This document shows, one piece after another, positions 9,866-16,953 of a stretch of 54,541 nt of DNA (the first letter of the stretch is position 1; the number at the start of each line of letters is the position of its first letter). The stretch spans positions 1 to 54,541 of IMG/VR virus record IMGVR_UViG_3300022602_000128; one strand, written 5' to 3'. Origin of the DNA: a virus. Taxonomy: Duplodnaviria; Caudoviricetes. A program made the position numbers and the translations under genes. The notes under the pieces are model-generated. The model saw only the letters and a program-made list of their open reading frames with translations. It was not told where the DNA came from and did no database searches.

Positions 9866-9895
9866 TATAAATAATTATAGTATCATATATTTATA
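9866..9895. promoter_or_regulatory. Two face-to-face TATAAATA late promoters (+ at 9866-9873, - at 9895-9888)
   Basis: Two exact consensus boxes on opposite strands in the 68-bp gap between divergent genes. Confidence 0.85.
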
Positions 9896-9907
9896 GGATT
9901 CAAATAC

Positions 9908-10750
9908 ATGTCTGAGCAACAATCAAACCCTTTAGCCAACTTCTTTCGTCAGCCCGCAATCTACATCAAACTGCCCAGTGGGGGCAAATGGTGGAAAGAC
10001 GGCAGTTTGGAACTGACTGTGACCGGGGAAATAGGGATTTATCCCATGACCACGAAAGATGAAATAACACTAAAAACACCCGACGCACTAATGAATGGTC
10101 AGGGTGTAGTGGATGTTATTCAAAGTTGTGTGCCATCAATTAAAAATGCGTGGGATATGCCCAGTATTGATGTGGATGCAGTACTTATTGCCATACGCAT
10201 TGCCAGTTATGGTGAAAACATGGAGTTTGAAAGCACTTGCCCGCATTGCAATGAAGAAAACAAACACGAGATTGATCTCAAAGGGCCACTAAGTGGAATC
10301 CGATCACCGGACTACAGCCAAACAGTAGTATACAAGACATTGAAAATCAAATTGCACCCACAGAACTATTATGCAGTTAATAGATCCAATCGAGTTAACT
10401 TTGAGGAACAAAAGATATCCGACGCACTGAACATGGGCAAAGATGTCGATCCCGAAGTCAAAGTCAAGTATTTGACTGAGAGCATGAGCAGACTAATCGA
10501 ATTGGGCTTGGAATCAATAACTGCCAGTGTGGAGTATATTGAGATGGAAGATGGTGCTAGGATTGACAACAAGGCGCATATCAAGGACTTCTTTAAAAAT
10601 GCCGAAGCCAGCGTGGTGCGTTTAGTCCAAGACAAACTCAGCGATCTAGCAGAACAAAGCAAGATACAACCAGCAAAACTACAATGCATGGAGTGCACAA
10701 AACCCTATGAAGTGGCATTGTTGTTTGATTACTCTAATTTTTTCGGTTAA
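9908..10750 (+). CDS. gp26: Baseplate hub assembly/tail chaperone, T4 gp26-like
   Basis: YIKLPSGG, PMTTKDEITLK, IDVDAVLIAIRIASYGE and two CxxC pairs (CPHC, CMEC). Ends in NFFG. Confidence 0.8.
   Translation: MSEQQSNPLANFFRQPAIYIKLPSGGKWWKDGSLELTVTGEIGIYPMTTKDEITLKTPDALMNGQGVVDVIQSCVPSIKNAWDMPSIDVDAVLIAIRIASYGENMEFESTCPHCNEENKHEIDLKGPLSGIRSPDYSQTVVYKTLKIKLHPQNYYAVNRSNRVNFEEQKISDALNMGKDVDPEVKVKYLTESMSRLIELGLESITASVEYIEMEDGARIDNKAHIKDFFKNAEASVVRLVQDKLSDLAEQSKIQPAKLQCMECTKPYEVALLFDYSNFFG
10738..10744 (+). other. Candidate -1 programmed ribosomal frameshift site T TTT TTC
   Basis: In-frame X XXY YYZ heptamer two codons before the stop. The -1 frame is open to 10977. Confidence 0.7.
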
Positions 10751-10977
10751 GGCTTTTATCAATAACTGATGATGCCGAACTCATTAAGTTCTTGGAACGA
10801 TATGAGAAACAGGTAAAAGCCTTAAAGCATGAAGCACTTACTATGGCATGGCATATGAGAGGTGGGTTAACTTATGCCGAAGTGATGTCAATAGGAGATC
10901 AAGAAAGAACTATTATATCAGATATAGTCAAAGATCACATAGAAGCAACTAAAAAATCAGGACTTCCTTTCTTCTGA
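10744..10977 (+). CDS. Small baseplate/tail chaperone segment (gp51-like position), probably expressed as a frameshift extension of the gp26-like protein
   Basis: Open -1 frame RLRLLSITDDAELIKFLERYEKQ...WHMRGGLTYAEVM...KSGLPFF. The ORF-track start (TTG 10792) has no evident SD. Confidence 0.65.
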   Translation, partial: RLRLLSITDDAELIKFLERYEKQVKALKHEALTMAWHMRGGLTYAEVMSIGDQERTIISDIVKDHIEATKKSGLPFF

Positions 10978-11016
10978 TTTTCTTTTCAATTCTTTGAGTT
11001 TGTTATGTTCCTTAAG

Positions 11017-11099
11017 AGATGTCTAAAGACATCTGTTGTTGCGCTATCGCTTACAACATTATTCTTTAATTATTGATTAAAAACTTTACGAAGTAAAGT
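11017..11099. repeat. Cluster of short inverted repeats in AT-rich non-coding DNA
   Basis: AGATGTCT-AA-AGACATCT (11017-11034), TGTTG...CAACA (11037-11058), TTAAT...ATTAA (11066-11080) and ACTTTAC-GAA-GTAAAGT (11083-11099). Confidence 0.8.
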
Positions 11100-11469
11100 A
11101 AAGGCCATTCATCCAGAACAAGCAGTCACACTTTGCCCGATAAACGGGCAAAAAATGATTTCATCCGAGACGCACAATCATCAGCGTTAGGGCATTGCAG
11201 AGGCGGTTGACCTGTACCTCGAGCCCCGTCTTTTATTCAACGGCAGTTAATATAATATACGCAGACATACTATATTAACCTGTGGGAGTTACCCACTCAT
11301 TTAGCCTTGGTTTAATTCTTTTCAAATAGCAAAACCGGTTGTATGAAGGCATATCCGATCGTCGTCCTGTTAAGGATAGTTGCTAAGTGCTCTGTACGGC
11401 GCAGAGTCTTCCGTCCGAGTGACACGTAGTCCTCTTGTCTTGGGCACACGTTTTTAACTTGTGCGAGTC
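11083..11469 (-). ncRNA. Candidate large structured non-coding RNA, family not recognised
   Basis: No ORF of 60 aa or more. At least ten stems are visible by eye, and several contain G-U pairs only on the minus strand. Begins immediately after the GIY-YIG stop. Confidence 0.65.
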
Positions 11470-11904
11470 TTAACCGTTTAATTTGTTTAGTATGTGGGAG
11501 CCATGGACACGGACTTGTATATGTCCGTTATAGTAATCTGTAGATTCTAATACTCTATTTGTAAATTGCTCGCGGGCTTCAATGTAACTACATTCTGCCT
11601 TGCTTTTGCAATAATAGAGTATTTCTCTGGTAAAGTTTTCGGTGCCATGAGTTTGAACGTCTTTGTTGAGTTGGTCGTTAGAGCCATAATATGTAAGCCA
11701 ATCGGAATCTACTTTTGATCGTATTTTCTTCTTTTTCTTGGTGCCGTTCTTGAGTTTTACAGTTTTGTAAGATGTTTTTGCGAATTTCGCTAGTTTTTTG
11801 CCTATGTACTTTTTGCCAGATAGATTATTAGTGATAAGATACACAAAACCCACACAGTCTTCGGGAAGTTCCTGTACAGGTGAGTTCTGAAATATCCATG
11901 TCAT
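11470..11904 (-). CDS. Short GIY-YIG endonuclease with a Lys-rich insertion
   Basis: GFVYLITN...KYIGKK, SDWLTYYGS, FTREIL...E and YYNG motifs. Basic segment KTVKLKNGTKKKKKIRSK. Late-box variant TAACTA 6 nt upstream. Confidence 0.88.
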   Translation of the reverse strand: MTWIFQNSPVQELPEDCVGFVYLITNNLSGKKYIGKKLAKFAKTSYKTVKLKNGTKKKKKIRSKVDSDWLTYYGSNDQLNKDVQTHGTENFTREILYYCKSKAECSYIEAREQFTNRVLESTDYYNGHIQVRVHGSHILNKLNG

Positions 11905-11939
11905 GTAATATAGTTATGATTGTTGGAGCCATGATTAAA

Positions 11940-13709
11940 TTATTTTATTTCAATATCAGTATTATATGTTGTGAATCCGTTTTCTTTGACAACGTGCAGG
12001 GTATTATGAACCCGTCCTGCCAATTCATCCTTGTGAGATACCAACCAAATACTCTTGTTGGCATCCCGGCTCATCTTTTTAAGTATCCCGAGACTGTTTT
12101 CAACCCCACTGCTGTCCATTCCGCTGTCAATAAGTTCGTCAATGAATAACAGGTTAATGGGCTGGTATAGGCTTTCCCATACATCACGGAAACTCCAACT
12201 CAGGGATAAGATCAAACGATTGCGCTCTCCCCTACTCAAATTGTCAAAGTCCAGTTCTCTGCCCAGTTCGCTGATACTAACAGTCAAATCGTTATTGAAC
12301 TTGACAGTGTGCGGTAGGCCTATGCGATCTAAGTATTGCCCCAATCGTGCATTTAGATAACTTAAATTTTGATCAATGATACGTTTGCGAATAAACGAAT
12401 CCTTGTTAGTCAGTAACTTGTGTAAGAACTCTTGATGCTGTTTAACACGATCAAGTTCATTCATTAAGTCGTAATTGACATCTTCCAGTGCTTGTTCACT
12501 CATGTCCTTGATCTGTTCAGCATAGGGGTCAGATTCTTCTTGCTTGGCAGTTAACTGTGCAAGAATACTGCCCATACTACTTCTATGTTCAAATGCATCT
12601 GATTCATTGGTATAGTAAACTGTGGGCTTATCGCCTAGTTCGCCCAATGCAGTCAACGCCTCGGTATTCTCCAGCCATTGCGTATGGGCCGCAAGTGCAT
12701 TGAGTGCAGTGTCGCTAATTTGCCTTTGCTTGTCCTCAAGCATTTGTTCATGATTGTCGTCATGCAAGTCCTGTCCACAAGCATGGCACTGGTGATTTTG
12801 CAAGGCCTCTAGTTCGGCCCGTAGTCGAGCCAACACTTTGTCTTCTCTGGCTTGGTCACGTTCGTTTTGTGCAATGTAACCTTTGATCTTGTCTATTTCG
12901 GCTTTCTTCTTGTTGTACTCATTTAACTTTTGGTGGGCCACTAGTTCTGATTCAATGTCTAAGGCATTTAGTTCGTCAAATGACGCAACCAACTTGTCTA
13001 AATCTTCGTCTTTCTTTCTAAGCCAAAGCGTTTGCCTGCGCTTTAGATTTTCTATTTGTTCTTGTATACGTGCATTGGCATCAGTTACTGCTTTGATTCT
13101 ATACTCCTCTTGAGTAATAGCATCCTTGGTAACTTTGACTTGTTCTTTAAGCAATTCTGCTTTTTCACTTAACAGTGTAATACCCAATAACTGCTCAATG
13201 ATAGTTCTTTGATCATTGGCTTTTAACGATAAAAACGGTTCAGTATAGGTGTTTAAAGCCACAATGTGTTTAAACATGTCATGGCTCATGCCCAACATAC
13301 GTTCTATCTCTGCTTGCGTTTCTCGGCTATCGCCCTGTGCTTCGTCTGTGATCTCTTTTTCTTGATCGTTCACAAAGAATCGCATAACATTGGGTTTACG
13401 CCCACGTTCAATTCTATAGGTTGCACCATCTTTCTCAAAGTCAATAGTCACCATCATACCTTTGGTATTGGTTTTATTGATCAAGTTGTCTTTCTTGATA
13501 TTGGTTAGAGCATTGCCGTAAAGGGCATAACTCAATGCATTGATAATAGTTGTTTTACCAGTACCATTGCGTGCACCCGAATCATCTCCACCCAAGTCCA
13601 AGTTTTCACCCAGCACCAGAGTTAAATCATTGCGATCAAAACTGACGGCTTGTGTGGAGTTACCCACACTCATAAAGTTTCTAACTGTTAAATCTTTTAT
13701 TTTAAACAT
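11940..13709 (-). CDS. gp46: Recombination nuclease ATPase subunit, gp46/Rad50/SbcC
   Basis: Walker A NGTGKTT, coiled coil with CHAC zinc hook, signature LSRGE, Walker B LLFIDE and H-loop VSH. Confidence 0.96.
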   Translation of the reverse strand: MFKIKDLTVRNFMSVGNSTQAVSFDRNDLTLVLGENLDLGGDDSGARNGTGKTTIINALSYALYGNALTNIKKDNLINKTNTKGMMVTIDFEKDGATYRIERGRKPNVMRFFVNDQEKEITDEAQGDSRETQAEIERMLGMSHDMFKHIVALNTYTEPFLSLKANDQRTIIEQLLGITLLSEKAELLKEQVKVTKDAITQEEYRIKAVTDANARIQEQIENLKRRQTLWLRKKDEDLDKLVASFDELNALDIESELVAHQKLNEYNKKKAEIDKIKGYIAQNERDQAREDKVLARLRAELEALQNHQCHACGQDLHDDNHEQMLEDKQRQISDTALNALAAHTQWLENTEALTALGELGDKPTVYYTNESDAFEHRSSMGSILAQLTAKQEESDPYAEQIKDMSEQALEDVNYDLMNELDRVKQHQEFLHKLLTNKDSFIRKRIIDQNLSYLNARLGQYLDRIGLPHTVKFNNDLTVSISELGRELDFDNLSRGERNRLILSLSWSFRDVWESLYQPINLLFIDELIDSGMDSSGVENSLGILKKMSRDANKSIWLVSHKDELAGRVHNTLHVVKENGFTTYNTDIEIK

Positions 13710-14725
13710 TAAAGGTTTCTATATAAATCAAGTAGTAAGTTGGGATCGTATTGCTTGCTGTCTATCGTAGTTAGTTGACTATACACGATTTGATCCACAG
13801 ATTCAAATTCAATATTACCTTGTATTTGGTAGTCAGTCAAGTCTGTGACTTTGGCGGGAATAAGAGTAATCTCACGTAACCCATAAGTGCTGGTAAACGT
13901 TTCCTTGATAAAAGTTGCTTCTTCGTAACTGATGTCTACATCCAAATTGACTCTGACATGCATTCCGGGATGCAACATCTTTTCTGTGTGATTTAACACA
14001 TCGCTTAGATTGAATACCCGATATCGAGGTTGGTCAGGCCACGCATGATATGTGGGCGCATTGCCCCACTCAAGGATAGTCAAGCCACGTTCGTCATCTC
14101 CGGCATCGGCGTAGTTGTGCGGAAAGCAATTTCCAATGTATGTAATATTCTTTTGTGTTTGACGTTTGTGAAAGTGTCCCGTAAACACATGATCAAATTG
14201 TCTAAAGTGATCTCGTTCCAATTCACCATGTTGCGGCATCGCAACCATAGCATTCATTAAGTATCCAGGCAATTCGAAGTGACCGAACATGTATTTTCCT
14301 CGTAACTTAGTAATACGTTTATGGTCATCACCACAGAGCCAAGGAGCGATAACCACATCACCAGCACTAAACCAATCATTACAAATTTGTACGTTGGGGA
14401 GATGCTTTGCCCATTCGACACTCTGCACATCACGCTTATCCCTATAATAGAGATCATGGTTGCCAGGAATAAAATAAACAGTAGAAAAATTAGCATTCAA
14501 ATGCTCCAGTGCTTGTAGGCTATAGCCCAAAGTAAGTATATTGATACTGGCTCTGTTATTATGCCAATCACCGAGAAAGAATGCAGTTTCGCATCCCTCC
14601 TCTTTGGCTTTGGTAGTAGCCCATTTGACAAAATTCAAACAGTCTTCGTTGTGTAGAGTACTATTGGACTTTAGTCCAAAATGTATATCAGTGAATAGCG
14701 CGGCTTTTTTAAATAAGTTAGACAT
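13709..14725 (-). CDS. gp47: Recombination nuclease subunit, gp47/Mre11/SbcD
   Basis: Metallophosphoesterase motifs TDIHFG, LGDWH, GNHD, GHFE and GHFH. Coupled to gp46. Confidence 0.96.
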   Translation of the reverse strand: MSNLFKKAALFTDIHFGLKSNSTLHNEDCLNFVKWATTKAKEEGCETAFFLGDWHNNRASINILTLGYSLQALEHLNANFSTVYFIPGNHDLYYRDKRDVQSVEWAKHLPNVQICNDWFSAGDVVIAPWLCGDDHKRITKLRGKYMFGHFELPGYLMNAMVAMPQHGELERDHFRQFDHVFTGHFHKRQTQKNITYIGNCFPHNYADAGDDERGLTILEWGNAPTYHAWPDQPRYRVFNLSDVLNHTEKMLHPGMHVRVNLDVDISYEEATFIKETFTSTYGLREITLIPAKVTDLTDYQIQGNIEFESVDQIVYSQLTTIDSKQYDPNLLLDLYRNL

Positions 14726-14730
14726 TTTGC

Positions 14731-14760
14731 TAGTGTAACATTTCCGCTACACTAAAGCAA
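14731..14760 (-). promoter_or_regulatory. Sigma70-type promoter for gp47-gp46 with an overlapping inverted repeat
   Basis: TTGCTT-N17-TACACT with a TGn extension, 6 nt before the ATG. TAGTGTAGC/GTTACACTA inverted repeat at 14731-14754. Confidence 0.7.
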
Positions 14761-14775
14761 CATCTACTTTGCCAC

Positions 14776-15657
14776 TTAGTCGTCAAAATTTGATTCGCCA
14801 CCACTGCTATATCCGCCACCCATACCCTGTCTGGTGTAGGAAGGATTCAATCCATTCATTTCCAAAATATCATCACGTATGTTTTGATTACGTTTCTCAA
14901 TGTTTAACACTCTAGTAAATGAGTTAGTGACTGCGGCTGTGTAATAAGCAAAAGGATTAGCCGACTTTGATTCATCAAATCTCAATCCTATGTAAGTCAG
15001 TTGTAGCAGTGCTTGACTACGCATCTCATCGTTATAAGTATATCCACGCCAATTGCTACGTGTAGCATAACGTTCGCACAGTTTCATAAACATATGAGCC
15101 AACTTCTTAGTCATATTGCCATGCATCTTGTTGAACTCGCCAGTGGCCAAATCACCTTTCCAATGACTCTTGCCCACTAATATGGGGCTTCCCTCTTCAT
15201 CAACTTTAAAATGCTGAAAGGGCGGAAAGTTTACTTTGACATATTTGGTGTGCGTCAAATCCATTTCATCGTATTCTGTGAGCAATGGATCTTCGTCATC
15301 TTCAATTTCCAAGGCAGTCATGCGTGCTTTTTTGGTTTTAGCATCATCTACAGGAATATGATCCCAAGTCATAACTCTAAATACAACATCTGTTGCAGGA
15401 ACATCCTTGAGTTTAATCTCAAATTCGTCTAATTTACGCTTAACTCCGTCAGCAGTTGCGGCTTCGTGGGCTAGTTTAGCCAGTCTCTCGGCACGTAATT
15501 TTCGTGCTTCTAGGATGTTCTTTTTGTTAATTTTCCCAATATCGGGCAGGATCATATCATAATCTGCATACTCGGGCTGGGTATAAGTGCAGTATGTTGT
15601 CTTGCTTTTGTGTATCTCTTTAAGTATATCTTTGTTATTTAGGTAGTTATGTTTCAC
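14776..15657 (-). CDS. gp55: Late-transcription sigma factor, gp55 family
   Basis: N-terminal NYLNNKDIL, plus NWRGYTYNDEM and FDESKSANPFAYYT motifs. Adjacent to gp47 as in T4-like phages. GTG start with AAGGA SD. Confidence 0.92.
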   Translation of the reverse strand: MKHNYLNNKDILKEIHKSKTTYCTYTQPEYADYDMILPDIGKINKKNILEARKLRAERLAKLAHEAATADGVKRKLDEFEIKLKDVPATDVVFRVMTWDHIPVDDAKTKKARMTALEIEDDEDPLLTEYDEMDLTHTKYVKVNFPPFQHFKVDEEGSPILVGKSHWKGDLATGEFNKMHGNMTKKLAHMFMKLCERYATRSNWRGYTYNDEMRSQALLQLTYIGLRFDESKSANPFAYYTAAVTNSFTRVLNIEKRNQNIRDDILEMNGLNPSYTRQGMGGGYSSGGESNFDD

Positions 15658-15680
15658 CTTAATTCCTTATAAGTTAGTGT

Positions 15681-15710
15681 ATACTAACATATTTATCGTG
15701 GTATTGTCAA
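15681..15710 (-). promoter_or_regulatory. Composite promoter of gp55: sigma70-type TTGACA-N18-TAGTAT with a late box ATAAATA in the spacer
   Basis: -35 at 15710-15705, extended -10 at 15686-15681, ATAAATA at 15696-15690. Confidence 0.6.
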
Positions 15711-15742
15711 GACTTTTATAATATATGCATATTATTCCCGTT

Positions 15743-15750
15743 AATAAATA
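15743..15750 (+). promoter_or_regulatory. Late promoter AATAAATA of the baseplate operon
   Basis: Box 19 nt upstream of ATG 15770. Confidence 0.75.
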
Positions 15751-15769
15751 CACTATAACGGAAATAATT

Positions 15770-16642
15770 ATGGCATCTACATCTGGATACGAAGTTGATT
15801 TATCGCAAGCCGAACCGCAGTTTTTTGGAACATCTGGCGGATCGCAACAAACGCCAATCAACACAGTCACTCCCACAACATCTAGACTATCAGCATCAGG
15901 TCTGCGTCAGGGCGGCGCACCGTCGGCAGCGATTCAGGGTGCCGGACCCAATGTTGGTGTTACGATAACAACTCCGCACAATGCAAATAACCCAACCAAT
16001 TCTGATTGGCGAGTACGTATAAGTATTCCCACTGGAAATGGTATATTTTATAACGATCCCGATAATCAGTTACAACAAATACTAAAGAGTACCAATGGTG
16101 TTATATTCCCCTATACCCCCTCTGTTACAGTAACCCATTCGGCAAGGTATCAAGAACAGGCATTGACTCACAACAATTATAAAAACTATTTTTATGAGGG
16201 ATCGGGTGTAGATGCTATTACAATTTCCGGTGATTTTACGGTGCAAAACCCATCAGATGGGTTATACTTGCTTGCGGCTATCTACTTTTTTAGAAGTGCA
16301 ACAAAAATGTTTTTTGGCGGAGATTTCTTAGCCGGCAATCCCCCACCTGTGGTATTCTTAGATGGTTATGGAGATTTTTATTTTCCGCATGTAAGTTGTG
16401 TTGTTACCAGTTTCCAACACACGCTACCGCCAGATGTTGATTACGTGGAAATTCCCTATTCACAAAATATATCTGCTTCAGTGAGAAGCACAACTAGTAA
16501 TTTAAAGACTCGCTTGCCCACAACCAGTCAACTGTCAGTTACTGTACAACCAATCTACAGTAGAAATAACATTCATAATAATATGACACTAACTGATTTT
16601 AGCCGAGGCGCTCTATTAAGTGGTCATGGAGGATTCCTATAA
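15770..16642 (+). CDS. Baseplate/tail-tube junction protein (gp48/gp54-like); start revised to 15770
   Basis: GVIFPYTPSVTV, ITISGDFTVQ, GNPPPVVFLDGYG and CVVTSFQHTLP are tube-initiator-type motifs. The ORF-track ATG 15725 lies upstream of the late promoter. Confidence 0.7.
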   Translation: MASTSGYEVDLSQAEPQFFGTSGGSQQTPINTVTPTTSRLSASGLRQGGAPSAAIQGAGPNVGVTITTPHNANNPTNSDWRVRISIPTGNGIFYNDPDNQLQQILKSTNGVIFPYTPSVTVTHSARYQEQALTHNNYKNYFYEGSGVDAITISGDFTVQNPSDGLYLLAAIYFFRSATKMFFGGDFLAGNPPPVVFLDGYGDFYFPHVSCVVTSFQHTLPPDVDYVEIPYSQNISASVRSTTSNLKTRLPTTSQLSVTVQPIYSRNNIHNNMTLTDFSRGALLSGHGGFL

Positions 16643-16953
16643 TGGCAACAGTAACTTATAACAAAACAAGTCCCTATTACAATACGCCCACGTGGGGCAA
16701 CGGACAATTCTTGGATTTAATTAATTATACTCCGGTTAGCAAAAAAGCCGATGACGTATTGTTTACCATCAATAAGATATATGAATATCGCCCGGACTTG
16801 TTGGCTTTTGACTTGTACGGTGATAGCGGTTTATGGTGGGTGTTTAAATCACGCAACCCCAATACCCTAGACGATCCAATATTTGATTTTCAAGCAGGTA
16901 TACAAATTTATGTACCGCAAAAAAATACATTAATCGCTAATCTAGGAATATAA
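16642..16953 (+). CDS. gp53: Baseplate wedge protein gp53-like (LysM-type)
   Basis: YRPDLLAFDLYGDSGLWWVF...NP...IYVP pattern. Confidence 0.8.
   Translation: MATVTYNKTSPYYNTPTWGNGQFLDLINYTPVSKKADDVLFTINKIYEYRPDLLAFDLYGDSGLWWVFKSRNPNTLDDPIFDFQAGIQIYVPQKNTLIANLGI

Noticed and set aside
11155-11186. CUGAUGA...GAAA on the minus strand, resembling a hammerhead ribozyme core
   Set aside because: The segment between the motifs (UUGUGCGUCUCGGAU) cannot close stem II with the required terminal pair, and I could not build stems I and III.
11100-11440. Repeated GGA motifs suggesting a CsrA/RsmA sponge
   Set aside because: About seven GGAs in this length is close to chance, and most are not in hairpin loops.
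11083-11469. Assignment of the structured RNA to tmRNA, RNase P, tRNA or a group I/II intron
   Set aside because: No acceptor stem with CCA or true T-loop (GUGGG-UAACU-CCCAC has a 5-nt loop), no GAGGAAAGUCC, no P7 R/S elements or domain V, and it does not interrupt a gene.
15725-15769. ORF-track start at 15725
   Set aside because: It lies upstream of, and reads through, the late promoter box. ATG 15770 fits the promoter.
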